From: Balanoglossus misakiensis
Taxonomy: Eukaryota > Animalia > Hemichordata
Assembly (NCBI GenBank): GCA_040954595.2
Contig: CM082596.2
Span: forward strand, 10,126,461-10,190,460
Length of the DNA stretch: 64,000 nt
Reading direction: 5' to 3'
The notes below the pieces were generated by a model. It did not search any database, was not told where the DNA came from, and was given only the letters and a program-made list of their open reading frames with translations. Within the stretch, counting starts at the first letter, position 1. Each line of letters opens with the position of its first letter. Shown piece after piece: positions 51,417 to 64,000 of the stretch. Made by a program: the position numbers and the translations under genes.

Positions 51417-52852
51417 GGATATTGGGGTTTCAACAATGGGCAGTACCTGCGAATATGCCCTGGCTGACCACACTGGTAGCACACCCTGGGTGTAGGATTT
51501 CCCTTCTTACTACCCGTTGAACTTTGACCTTCAGTAGATTTATTGACCTTAAGGGCTGAAATCTCCCCTTTCAACATTTCCATATTTTGTTGTAATTTAG
51601 CCATTGCTGCTGTCATCTCAGACAACACACTGGTGGCACCCTCATGTTCCCCCACAGCCTTGACACCAGCACGCTTTCTAGTATTGGTGTTCGGCAACGA
51701 TCCGGATAACATCAAATAATTTTCTTCATGGATACTTTCTCTGATAACATCATCAAATGTGCACCCTTGTTTTCGGGCTGCTTCATTTATCTTTCTACAT
51801 ACTTCTGGTACGTCAACCGCATTGAAGTATGCATCTATACAAAGTTGTTCAAACATGTCGCCTTTTGTCTCTGGATATGCAACAGCTACAAGCTCTCTTA
51901 TATCTTGAGCCAAACTTTGTAAACTCTCGCCTTCGTTACGCTGCCGCTGTTTCAGACGCAGTCGACAGATATCTCTTTTTCCGATTGACCCAAAACGTGC
52001 AGCAAGCCGCTCACACAGTTGTTGGTAGGTCAACTGCTGAATATCCACATAATTCAGAAGTTGCAGCGCAGGACCTGTTAACATTGCAAGCAAATACTCT
52101 TTGCGCTCTCTCTCATTCAATTTATGCATATCGCAGTATATGGTAAAGTGAATCTTATATATATCCCAAGAAACATCGCCAGAATACCGTTCAGGTATAA
52201 GTCTAGAGCGATAAGCACCATGCTTTGAAGGCAGGGTTTGTTCATCTACCCATGCCCTCGTTCTAGTGTGTACTGTTTCCGCTGGAAGATCGGGAAACAT
52301 TTCACTCGTTTTGTTAGAAGCCGCGCGTCTACATTTGCCCGCGTATTCGTCAGATAGGCCTACTGGAGAACGAGAAGTGTTGACTTCCATAGAACTATAA
52401 GAACGTGGACTGTTGTCCACGTGGCGCTGGCTGGCATGAATGACTCCCTTTTGGGGGTCAGGGGTTATTTCCATACCAACGCAACATTCTTCCTTAGCAA
52501 CGGAAACTGCAGGTGTTTCGAATTGTTGCAAAAACAATTTCTCGCGCGCTGGCGATTCTTCCCGCCTTTTTCTAGACACATCAGAATCCTTCTTTGTACT
52601 CGATTCTGCTAAATGAAAAGATTCCCATGCCTTTTGCAATTCAACATTTTCCTTCTCAAGTCTCCCTTGTTCCTCACATAACGCATCTTTCCAAGCATTC
52701 AAATCTCTCCTATCACCACTCGACAGTGGTGTACTGCTGGCCTGCTCGCGTGTACCAGTTGCGATACCCGAGTCGATGTTGAATACGACCTCACTATCTA
52801 AACCCTCCTTACCAGCCATCGAACCAACCAGGAACCGACACCAAGAAGACAA
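51368..52852 (-). CDS. gag: Gag (true start probably the ATG of MAGKEG)
   Basis: Capsid 'RQRNEGESLQSLAQDIRELVAVAYP' and knuckle CYQCGQPGHIRRYC. Confidence 0.92.
   Translation of the reverse strand: MSSWCRFLVGSMAGKEGLDSEVVFNIDSGIATGTREQASSTPLSSGDRRDLNAWKDALCEEQGRLEKENVELQKAWESFHLAESSTKKDSDVSRKRREESPAREKLFLQQFETPAVSVAKEECCVGMEITPDPQKGVIHASQRHVDNSPRSYSSMEVNTSRSPVGLSDEYAGKCRRAASNKTSEMFPDLPAETVHTRTRAWVDEQTLPSKHGAYRSRLIPERYSGDVSWDIYKIHFTIYCDMHKLNERERKEYLLAMLTGPALQLLNYVDIQQLTYQQLCERLAARFGSIGKRDICRLRLKQRQRNEGESLQSLAQDIRELVAVAYPETKGDMFEQLCIDAYFNAVDVPEVCRKINEAARKQGCTFDDVIRESIHEENYLMLSGSLPNTNTRKRAGVKAVGEHEGATSVLSEMTAAMAKLQQNMEMLKGEISALKVNKSTEGQSSTGSKKGNPTPRVCYQCGQPGHIRRYCPLLKPQYPLNLGGLGVQPNPQSQ
51374..51416 (-). 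promoter_or_regulatory. Putative -1 ribosomal frameshift signal
   Basis: G_TTA_AAC in the gag frame, a 6-nt spacer, then stem GGACTGGG/CCCAGTCC. Confidence 0.7.
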
Positions 52853-53018
52853 AAATAACCCCGGCCGTTCGATCCGAATATTCCCTCGCTAAATTTCAAC
52901 AGCGATAGCGACAGTCGCAACAACGTCTTTATTCCTGACTCGGTTCTCACACACAAAATACACGGGCCAGTACCAACCTTATTTTGATCCGTCAAAATGA
53001 CTGTAAACCACCACCAAG

Positions 53019-53041
53019 TCGAATCCGACCGCTGCCAACCA
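53019..53041 (-). promoter_or_regulatory. Primer-binding site, tRNA-Leu-like
   Basis: Plus strand tcgaatccgaccgctgccaacca resembles the tRNA-Leu(AAG/TAG) 3' end TCGAATCCCACCGCTGCCACCA. Confidence 0.8.
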
Positions 53042-53042
53042 A

Positions 53043-53633
53043 TGTCGCGGAATTATATTTCTAGCTACGCGGGTCCGCAACAAACGCCCGTCACGGTTCG
53101 AATCCACGCGGATAGACTGGTGAGGTCCACACACCAAAATAGTTGTCTCGGTAGCGTACGCCAATCGCGGGCCCAGCTCAACCTTGATACAATGGGTCTC
53201 CCAGAAAGGGCGAAGTAATAACGCACAACACAAATAGCAGCAATAAAAGAAACTCAATGTATTACTAAGACGGTCGACAAAAACGTCCGACCTCAGCAGG
53301 TTACAGCTCCAATCTCACAACTTCTCCTAAGCACGAGTGAAAACGACGCATCCCTTGACAGGTCAGGTGACATGAGCCTCCCACTGCCATTGGCCGAAAG
53401 TCGACGGGAAGGCGTGTCCCTGTCATTTTATAGGGAAAGGCAACAAACTGTATTTGGTCAAACGAACACAACACTAGAACAATCGAATTGAAGTACTCTT
53501 TTCTGAACAAGCATGCATAAACTCGCGTTATAAAGAACGCCACCAGTTATCTGTATACGAAGGCAGAACAATCTATGGCACTGGTAATAACGTCAGGCAA
53601 ATGAGAATGACAACATGGAGAATTTCCATCACA
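53043..53633 (-). repeat. 5' LTR
   Basis: 591 bp, TG...CA, adjacent to the PBS. Confidence 0.96.
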
Positions 53634-53736
53634 CTATGTATCCACATGTAGAATAACAAACGTTGTCTTTTATCAAATATAATTAATGGCAAAAAGGGCG
53701 GCGAGAGAGAGACTTTGTCCCTTTAATCGAATTTAA

Positions 53737-56700
53737 AGGACTTTAATTTAAACGATCCTACGAGCCAAGTTCGCACCTGGCCGATTTCTCCCACGGACCG
53801 ACTCCCCTGGATCTTGTATTCGATTCGATCGACAGCGTCATTTAAAGGTCTACGATGGCGGCGAGATTGTCCGGATTTGTCTGCCCGGGTCGTAGTAGAT
53901 ACAATCTGTAAACATTGCACTGTGGATAGATAGCCATCTCATCTGTTTGTTGGATTTATGTACTCCTGTAACGTCATCATGTACGGGAATTGTGGGATAG
54001 CTTCATTTCCGCCGCGAAGAATAAAATATTTTGCTTTCTGAAAATATATTTTGTCATGCATGTAAAAGAAATTCGCCCGCCGAAACCTGAATTGCGCCCT
54101 CATGAAAAAGTTTATTAGTAGCAATAGAAAGAGCGCCCCCATAAGTTGTGTAACTAGAAATTAGATAAAAATATATTTACATCTGTAAAATAAAATTTTC
54201 ACCCGCGAAAAGTAATGTTACTTAAAAAAAGTTTTACAAAATTAAATATTTCTTTCCGGAAATAAAATAATTCTATGTAGTATAGATAATTTTATCTCAA
54301 GTCTTAGAAGTTTATTTTGGAAAAAAGTCATAAAATTTTAGTCTCGGGAAAAAATAAAATTGGCTTTCGGAAATTAAACTTTTGTTCTCTAAAATAGGAG
54401 TTGTGTAAAGTAAAATTATAGTTTTACTGTCAAAATTAAAAAGTTTACTCCACTGAAATTGAAATTGTGTGCGTCAAAATTATAGTTGCCTTCACGAAAA
54501 CTTTATTTTACTTTTGGGAGGAGATATTGTCTATAATTTTGAAAGTTTAACTTTCAAAATAATATTTTAGGCCTGACATGATTTTCACCCATGATTGTTT
54601 TCAAAAATCGACGAAATTTTGAGATTTTGCAAAGTCGAAAATTTGTCATTTTCTGATGATTTTCACCCATGATTTTTTTCTTTTCAAAAATCGACAAATT
54701 TTGAGATTTTGCAAAGTCGAAAATTTGTAATTTTTTGATGATATTCACCCATGTTTTTTTCAAAAATCGACGAAATTTTGAGATTTTGCAAAGTCGAAAA
54801 TTTGTCATTTTTTGATGATTTTTACCCATGATTTTTTTTTCAAAAATCGACCAAATTTTGGGATTTTGCAAAGACGAAAATTTGTCATTTTTTGATGATT
54901 TTCACCCATGATTTTTCTCAAAAATCGACGAAATTTAGAGATTTTGCAAGGTCGAAAATTTGTCATTTTTTGATGATTTTCACCCATGATTTTTTTCAAA
55001 AATCGACGAAATTTTGAGATTTCGCAAAGTCGAAAATTTGTCATTTTTTGATGATTTTTACCCGTGATTTTTTTTTTCAAAAATCGACTAAATTTTGGGA
55101 TTTTGCAAAGACGAAAATTTGTCATTTTTTGATGATTTTCACCCATGATTTTTCTCAAAAATCGACGAAATTTTGAGATTTTGCAAAGTCGAAAATTTGT
55201 CATTTTTTGATGATTTTCACCCATGATTTTTTTCAAAAATCGACGAAATTTGAGATTTTGCAAATTCGAAAATTTGTAATTTTTTGTTGATTTTCACCCG
55301 TTTTTTTCAAAAATCAACGAACCCATGATTTTTTTTCAAAAATCGACAAAATTTTGAGATTTTGCAAAGCCGAAAATTTGTCATTTTTTGATGATTTTCA
55401 CCCATGATTTTTCTCAAAAATCGACGAAATTTTGAGATTTTGCAAAGTCGAAAATTTTTCATTTTTTGATGATTTTCACTCATGATTTTTTTCAAAAATC
55501 TACGAAATTTTGAGATTTTGCAAAGTCGAAAATTTGTCATTTTTTGATGATTTTCACCCATGATTTTTTTTAAAAAATCTGCGAAATTTTGAGATTTTGC
55601 AAAGTCGAAAATTTGTCATTTATTAATGATTTTCACCCATGATTTTTTTCAAAAATCGACGAAATTTGAGATTTTGCAAATTCGAAAATTTCTAATTTTT
55701 TGATGATTTTCACCCATGATTTTTTTTTTCAAAAATCGACAAAATTTTGAGATTTTGCAAAGTCGAAAATGTGTCATTTTTTGATGATTTTCACCCAAGA
55801 TTTTTTTCAAAAATCGACGAAATTTGAGATTTTGCAAAGTCGAAAATTTGTTATTTTTTGATGATTTTTACCCATGATTTTTTTTTTCAAAAATCGACCA
55901 AATTTTGAGATTTTGCAAAGCCGAAAATTTGTCATTTTTTGATGATTTTCACCCATGATTTTTCTCAAAAATCGACGAAATTTTGAGATTTTGCAAAGTC
56001 GAAAATTTGTCATTTTTTGATGATTTTCACCCATGTTTTTTTTCAAAATTGAACGAACCCATGATTTTTTTCAAAAATCGACAAAATTTTGAGATTTTGC
56101 AAAGTAGAAAATTTGTCATTTTTTGATGATTTTCACCCATGATTTTTTTCAAAAATCGACGAAATTTTGAGATTTTGCAAAGTCGAAAATTTGTCATTTT
56201 TTGATGATTTTCACCCATGATTTTTTTTTCAAAAACCGACAAAATTTTGAGATTATGCAAAGTCGAAAATTTGTCATTTTTTGATTATTTTCACCCATGA
56301 TTTTTTTCAAAAATCGACAAAATTTTTAGATTTTGCAAAGTCGAAAATTTGTCATTTTTTGATGATTTTCACCATGATTTTTTTTTTTAAAAATCGACGA
56401 AATTTTGAGATTTTGCAAAGTCGAAAATTTGTCATTTTTTGATGATTTTCACCCATGATTTTTTTCAAAAATCGACGAAATTTGAGATTTTGCAAAGTCG
56501 AAAATTTGTCATTTTTTGATGATTTTCACCCATGATTTTTTTTCAAAAATCTACAAAATTTTGAGATTTTGCAAAGTCGAAAATTTGTCATTTTTTGATG
56601 ATTTTCACCCATGATTTTTCTCAAAAATCGACGAAATTTTGAGATTTTGCAAAGTCGAAAATTTGTCATTTTTTGATGATTTTCACCCATGATTTTTTTT

Positions 56701-59700
56701 CAAAAATCGACGAAATTTTGAGATTTTGCAAAGTCGAAAATTTGTAATTTTTTGATGATTTTCACCCATGTTTTTTTTCAAAATTGAACGAACCCATGAT
56801 TTTTTTCAAAAATCGACGAAATTTTGAGATTTTGCAAAGACGAAAATTTGTAATTTTTTGATGATTTTCACCCATGATTTTTTTTAAAAAATCTGCGAAA
56901 TTTTGAGATTTTGCAAAGTCGAAAATTTGTCATTTATTAATGATTTTCACCCATGATTTTTTTCAAAAATCGACGAAATTTGAGATTTTGCAAATTCGAA
57001 AATTTCTAATTTTTTGATGATTTTCACCCATGATTTTTTTTTTCAAAAATCGACAAAATTTTGAGATTTTGCAAAGTCGAAAATGTGTCATTTTTTGATG
57101 ATTTTCACCCAAGATTTTTTTCAAAAATCGACGAAATTTGAGATTTTGCAAAGTCGAAAATTTGTTATTTTTTGATGATTTTTACCCATGATTTTTTTTT
57201 TCAAAAATCGACCAAATTTTGAGATTTTGCAAAGCCGAAAATTTGTCATTTTTTGATGATTTTCACCCATGATTTTTCTCAAAAATCGACGAAATTTTGA
57301 GATTTTGCAAAGTCGAAAATTTGTCATTTTTTGATGATTTTCACCCATGTTTTTTTTCAAAATTGAACGAACCCATGATTTTTTTCAAAAATCGACAAAA
57401 TTTTGAGATTTTGCAAAGTAGAAAATTTGTCATTTTTTGATGATTTTCACCCATGATTTTTTTCAAAAATCGACGAAATTTTGAGATTTTGCAAAGTCGA
57501 AAATTTGTCATTTTTTGATGATTTTCACCCATGATTTTTTTTTCAAAAACCGACAAAATTTTGAGATTATGCAAAGTCGAAAATTTGTCATTTTTTGATT
57601 ATTTTCACCCATGATTTTTTTCAAAAATCGACAAAATTTTTAGATTTTGCAAAGTCGAAAATTTGTCATTTTTTGATGATTTTCACCATGATTTTTTTTT
57701 TTAAAAATCGACGAAATTTTGAGATTTTGCAAAGTCGAAAATTTGTCATTTTTTGATGATTTTCACCCATGATTTTTTTCAAAAATCGACGAAATTTGAG
57801 ATTTTGCAAAGTCGAAAATTTGTCATTTTTTGATGATTTTCACCCATGATTTTTTTTCAAAAATCTACAAAATTTTGAGATTTTGCAAAGTCGAAAATTT
57901 GTCATTTTTTGATGATTTTCACCCATGATTTTTCTCAAAAATCGACGAAATTTTGAGATTTTGCAAAGTCGAAAATTTGTCATTTTTTGATGATTTTCAC
58001 CCATGATTTTTTTTCAAAAATCGACGAAATTTTGAGATTTTGCAAAGTCGAAAATTTGTAATTTTTTGATGATTTTCACCCATGTTTTTTTTCAAAATTG
58101 AACGAACCCATGATTTTTTTCAAAAATCGACGAAATTTTGAGATTTTGCAAAGACGAAAATTTGTAATTTTTTGATGATTTTCACCCATGACTTTTTTTC
58201 AAAAATTTACGAAATTTTGAGATTTTGCAAAGTCGAAAATTTGTCATTTTTTGATGATTTTCACCCATGATTTTTCTCAAAAATCGACGAAATTTTGAGA
58301 TTTTGGAAAGTCGAAAATTTGTCATTTTTTGATGATTTTCACCCATGATTTTTTTTCAAAAATTGACGAAATTTTGAGATTTTGCAAAGTCGAAAATTTG
58401 TCATTTATTAATGATTTTCACCGATGATTTTTTTTTCAAAAATAGACAAAATTTTGAGATTTTGCAAAGTCGAAAATTTGTAATTTTTTGATGATTTTCA
58501 CCCATGTTTTTTTCAAAATTGAACGAACCCATGATTTTTTTCAAAAATCGACGAAATTTTTAGATTTTGCAAAGTCGAGAATTTGTCATTTTTTGATGAT
58601 TTTCACCCATGATTTTTTTCAAAAATCGACGAAATTTTGAGATTTTGCAAAGTCGAAAATTTGTCATTTTTTGATGATTTTCACCCATGATTTTTTTCAA
58701 AAATCGACGAAATTTTTAGATTTTGCAAAGTCGAAAATTTGTAATTTTTTGATGATTTTTACCCATGATTTTTTTTTTCAAAAATCGACGAAATTTTGAG
58801 ATTTTGCAAAGACGAAAATTTGTAATTTTTTGATGATTTTCACCCATGACTTTTTTCAAAAATTTACGAAATTTTGAGATTTTGCAAAGTCGAAAATTTG
58901 TCATTTTTTGATGATTTTCACCCATGTTTTTTTTTTCAAAAATCGACGAAATTTTGAGATTTTGCAAATTCGAAAATTTGTAATTTTTTGATGATTTTCA
59001 CCCATGTTTTTTTTCAAAAATCAACGAACCCATGATTTTTTTTTCAAAAATGTACGAAATTTTGAGATTTTGCAAAGTCGAAAATTTGTCATTTTTTGAT
59101 GATTTTCACCCATGATTTTTTTTCAAAAATCGACGAAATTTTGAGATTTTGCAAAGTCGAAAATTTGTAATTTTTTGATGATTTTCACCCATGTTTTTTT
59201 TCAAAATTGAACGAACCCATGATTTTTTTCAAAAATCGACGAAATTTTGAGATTTTGCAAAGACGAAAATTTGTAATTTTTTGATGATTTTCACCCATGA
59301 CTTTTTTTCAAAAATTTACGAAATTTTGAGATTTTGCAAAGTCGAAAATTTGTCATTTTTTGATGATTTTCACCCATGATTTTTCTCAAAAATCGACGAA
59401 ATTTTGAGATTTTGGAAAGTCGAAAATTTGTCATTTTTTGATGATTTTCACCCATGATTTTTTTTCAAAAATTGACGAAATTTTGAGATTTTGCAAAGTC
59501 GAAAATTTGTCATTTATTAATGATTTTCACCGATGATTTTTTTTTCAAAAATAGACAAAATTTTGAGATTTTGCAAAGTCGAAAATTTGTAATTTTTTGA
59601 TGATTTTCACCCATGTTTTTTTCAAAATTGAACGAACCCATGATTTTTTTCAAAAATCGACGAAATTTTTAGATTTTGCAAAGTCGAGAATTTGTCATTT

Positions 59701-62700
59701 TTTGATGATTTTCACCCATGATTTTTTTCAAAAATCGACGAAATTTTGAGATTTTGCAAAGTCGAAAATTTGTCATTTTTTGATGATTTTCACCCATGAT
59801 TTTTTTCAAAAATCGACGAAATTTTTAGATTTTGCAAAGTCGAAAATTTGTAATTTTTTGATGATTTTTACCCATGATTTTTTTTTTCAAAAATCGACGA
59901 AATTTTGAGATTTTGCAAAGACGAAAATTTGTAATTTTTTGATGATTTTCACCCATGACTTTTTTCAAAAATTTACGAAATTTTGAGATTTTGCAAAGTC
60001 GAAAATTTGTCATTTTTTGATGATTTTCACCCATGTTTTTTTTTTCAAAAATCGACGAAATTTTGAGATTTTGCAAATTCGAAAATTTGTAATTTTTTGA
60101 TGATTTTCACCCATGTTTTTTTTCAAAAATCAACGAACCCATGATTTTTTTTTCAAAAATGTACGAAATTTTGAGATTTTGCAAAGTCGAAAATTTGTCA
60201 TTTTTTGATAATTCCACCCATGATTTTTTTCAAAAATCGACAAAATTTTGAGATTTTGCAAAGACGAAAATTTGTCATTTTTTGATGATTTTCACCCATG
60301 ATTTTTTTCAAAAGTCGACGAAATTTTGAGATTTTGCAAAGACAAAAATTTTTCATTTTTTGATGATTTTCACCCGTGATTTTTTTCAAAAATCGACAAA
60401 ATTTTGAGATTTTGCAAAGTCGAAAATTTGACATTTTTTGATGATTTTCACCCATGTTTTTTTTCAAAAATCAACGACCCATGATTTTTTTTCAAAAATC
60501 GACGAAATTTAGAGATTTTGCAAAGTCGAAAATTTGTCATTTCTTAATGATTTTCACCCATGTTTTTTTTTCAAAAATCGACAAAATTTTGAGATTTTGC
60601 AAAGTCGAAAATTTGTAATTTTTTGATGATTTTCACCAATGTTTTTTTTTAAAAATCAACGAACCCATGATTTTTTTCAAAAATTGACAACATTTTGAGA
60701 TTTTGCAAAGTCGAAAATTTGTCATTTTTTGATGATTTTCTACCATGATTTTTTTCAAAAATCGACGAAATTTAGAGATTTTGCAAAGTCGAAAATTTGT
60801 CATTTTTTGATGATTTTCACCCATGATTTTTTTTTCAAAAACCGACAAAATTTTGAGATTTTGCAAAGTCGAAAATTTGTCATTTTTTGATGATTTTCAC
60901 CCATGATTTTTTTCAAAAATCGACGAAATTTTGAGATTTTGCAAAGTCGAAAATTTGTCATTTTTTGATGATTTTCACCCATGATTTTTTTTTCAAAAAC
61001 CGACAAAATTTTGAGATTATGCAAAGTCGAAAATTTGTCATTTTTTGATTATTTTCACCCATGATTTTTTTCAAAAATCGACAAAATTTTTAGATTTTGC
61101 AAAGTCGAAAATTTGTCATTTTTTGATGATTTTCACCATGATTTTTTTTTTTAAAAATCGACGAAATTTTGAGATTTTGCAAAGTCGAAAATTTGTCATT
61201 TTTTGATGATTTTCACCCATGATTTTTTTCAAAAATCGACGAAATTTGAGATTTTGCAAAGTCGAAAATTTGTCATTTTTTGATGATTTTCACCCATGAT
61301 TTTTTTCAAAAATCTACAAAATTTTGAGATTTTGCAAAGTCGAAAATTTGTCATTTTTTGATGATTTTCACCCATGATTTTTCTCAAAAATCGACGAAAT
61401 TTTGAGATTTTGCAAAGTCGAAAATTTGTCATTTTTTGATGATTTTCACCCATGATTTTTTTTCAAAAATCGACGAAATTTTGAGATTTTGCAAAGTCGA
61501 AAATTTGTAATTTTTTGATGATTTTCACCCATGTTTTTTTTCAAAATTGAACGAACCCATGATTTTTTTCAAAAATCGACGAAATTTTGAGATTTTGCAA
61601 AGACGAAAATTTGTAATTTTTTGATGATTTTCACCCATGACTTTTTTTCAAAAATTTACGAAATTTTGAGATTTTGCAAAGTCGAAAATTTGTCATTTTT
61701 TGATGATTTTCACCCATGATTTTTCTCAAAAATCGACGAAATTTTGAGATTTTGGAAAGTCGAAAATTTGTCATTTTTTGATGATTTTCACCCATGATTT
61801 TTTTTCAAAAATTGACGAAATTTTGAGATTTTGCAAAGTCGAAAATTTGTCATTTATTAATGATTTTCACCGATGATTTTTTTTTCAAAAATAGACAAAA
61901 TTTTGAGATTTTGCAAAGTCGAAAATTTGTAATTTTTTGATGATTTTCACCCATGTTTTTTTCAAAATTGAACGAACCCATGATTTTTTTCAAAAATCGA
62001 CGAAATTTTTAGATTTTGCAAAGTCGAGAATTTGTCATTTTTTGATGATTTTCACCCATGATTTTTTTCAAAAATCGACGAAATTTTGAGATTTTGCAAA
62101 GTCGAAAATTTGTCATTTTTTGATGATTTTCACCCATGATTTTTTTCAAAAATCGACGAAATTTTTAGATTTTGCAAAGTCGAAAATTTGTAATTTTTTG
62201 ATGATTTTTACCCATGATTTTTTTTTTCAAAAATCGACGAAATTTTGAGATTTTGCAAAGACGAAAATTTGTTATTTTTTGATGATTTTCACCCATGACT
62301 TTTTTCAAAAATTTACGAAATTTTGAGATTTTGCAAAGTCGAAAATTTGTCATTTTTTGATGATTTTCACCCATGTTTTTTTTTTCAAAAATCGACGAAA
62401 TTTTGAGATTTTGCAAATTCGAAAATTTGTAATTTTTTGATGATTTTCACCCATGTTTTTTTTCAAAAATCAACGAACCCATGATTTTTTTTTCAAAAAT
62501 GTACGAAATTTTGAGATTTTGCAAAGTCGAAAATTTGTCATTTTTTGATGATTTTCACCCATGATTTTTTTTCAAAAATCGACGAAATTTTGAGATTTTG
62601 CAAAGTCGAAAATTTGTAATTTTTTGATGATTTTCACCCATGTTTTTTTTCAAAATTGAACGAACCCATGATTTTTTTCAAAAATCGACGAAATTTTGAG

Positions 62701-64000
62701 ATTTTGCAAAGACGAAAATTTGTAATTTTTTGATGATTTTCACCCATGACTTTTTTTCAAAAATTTACGAAATTTTGAGATTTTGCAAAGTCGAAAATTT
62801 GTCATTTTTTGATGATTTTCACCCATGATTTTTCTCAAAAATCGACGAAATTTTGAGATTTTGGAAAGTCGAAAATTTGTCATTTTTTGATGATTTTCAC
62901 CCATGATTTTTTTTCAAAAATTGACGAAATTTTGAGATTTTGCAAAGTCGAAAATTTGTCATTTATTAATGATTTTCACCGATGATTTTTTTTTCAAAAA
63001 TAGACAAAATTTTGAGATTTTGCAAAGTCGAAAATTTGTAATTTTTTGATGATTTTCACCCATGTTTTTTTCAAAATTGAACGAACCCATGATTTTTTTC
63101 AAAAATCGACGAAATTTTTAGATTTTGCAAAGTCGAGAATTTGTCATTTTTTGATGATTTTCACCCATGATTTTTTTCAAAAATCGACGAAATTTTGAGA
63201 TTTTGCAAAGTCGAAAATTTGTCATTTTTTGATGATTTTCACCCATGATTTTTTTCAAAAATCGACGAAATTTTTAGATTTTGCAAAGTCGAAAATTTGT
63301 AATTTTTTGATGATTTTTACCCATGATTTTTTTTTTCAAAAATCGACGAAATTTTGAGATTTTGCAAAGACGAAAATTTGTAATTTTTTGATGATTTTCA
63401 CCCATGACTTTTTTCAAAAATTTACGAAATTTTGAGATTTTGCAAAGTCGAAAATTTGTCATTTTTTGATGATTTTCACCCATGTTTTTTTTTTCAAAAA
63501 TCGACGAAATTTTGAGATTTTGCAAATTCGAAAATTTGTAATTTTTTGATGATTTTCACCCATGTTTTTTTTCAAAAATCAACGAACCCATGATTTTTTT
63601 TTCAAAAATGTACGAAATTTTGAGATTTTGCAAAGTCGAAAATTTGTCATTTTTTGATAATTCCACCCATGATTTTTTTCAAAAATCGACAAAATTTTGA
63701 GATTTTGCAAAGACGAAAATTTGTCATTTTTTGATGATTTTCACCCATGATTTTTTTCAAAAGTCGACGAAATTTTGAGATTTTGCAAAGACAAAAATTT
63801 TTCATTTTTTGATGATTTTCACCCGTGATTTTTTTCAAAAATCGACAAAATTTTGAGATTTTGCAAAGTCGAAAATTTGACATTTTTTGATGATTTTCAC
63901 CCATGTTTTTTTTCAAAAATCAACGACCCATGATTTTTTTTCAAAAATCGACGAAATTTAGAGATTTTGCAAAGTCGAAAATTTGTCATTTTTTGATGAT
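53737..64000. mobile_element. Foldback element copy C, left arm with greatly expanded array
   Basis: TTAA|AGGACTTTAA...; 53737-54740 is nearly identical to 39934-40935. The array runs off the window. Confidence 0.85.
54578..64000. repeat. Satellite II long array with higher-order blocks
   Basis: Identical spurious ORFs recur at +1314, +1109 and +3449. Confidence 0.97.

Larger units (their letters stand above)
45155..53633 (-). mobile_element. Full-length Ty3/Gypsy LTR retrotransposon, recent
   Basis: Two 591-bp TG...CA LTRs, CTAT TSD (45151-54 and 53634-37), PBS, PPT, gag and PR-RT-RH-INT. Confidence 0.97.
44892..53722. mobile_element. Kolobok-like MITE family K1, copy split by the Gypsy insertion
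   Basis: Left part 44892-45154 and right part 53634-53722; TTAA on both outer sides. Confidence 0.9.

Noticed and set aside
33794-63916. 'MGENHQKMTNFRLCKISKFRRFLKK' repeat ORFs
   Set aside because: Artefacts of the ~80-bp repeat; homopolymer length changes shift the frame constantly.
33765-64000. CRISPR-like appearance of the regular repeats
   Set aside because: No unique spacers, no cas genes, eukaryotic context.

Overview
Repeat-dense eukaryotic DNA, most likely heterochromatin of a marine invertebrate (inferred from the transposon repertoire). No host protein-coding gene is recognisable. In order along the window: (1) a 192-196 bp satellite with higher-order repeats (1-~9545); (2) SINE, Helentron-like and MITE debris; (3) a decayed Gmr1-type Ty3/Gypsy element (5' LTR 16246-17542, tRNA-Pro PBS, PR-INT-RT order); (4) inside its pol, an intact-looking 5,474-bp CAC...GTG DNA transposon (19654-25127, ACA target duplication) encoding a spliced ~894-aa RAG1/Transib/Chapaev-like DDE transposase and a convergent 216-aa orphan gene, with bipartite RSS-like ends. 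This is the best candidate for an undescribed system; (5) nested Academ-, Kolobok- and TA-type MITEs; (6) tandem copies of a TTAA-flanked foldback element whose internal ~80-bp repeat has expanded into a >9-kb satellite; (7) a young Gypsy element with apparently identical 591-bp LTRs (45155-53633), inserted in a Kolobok-like MITE and itself interrupted by a Harbinger-like element. Family assignments rest on termini, TSDs and motifs read by eye; no database search was run.
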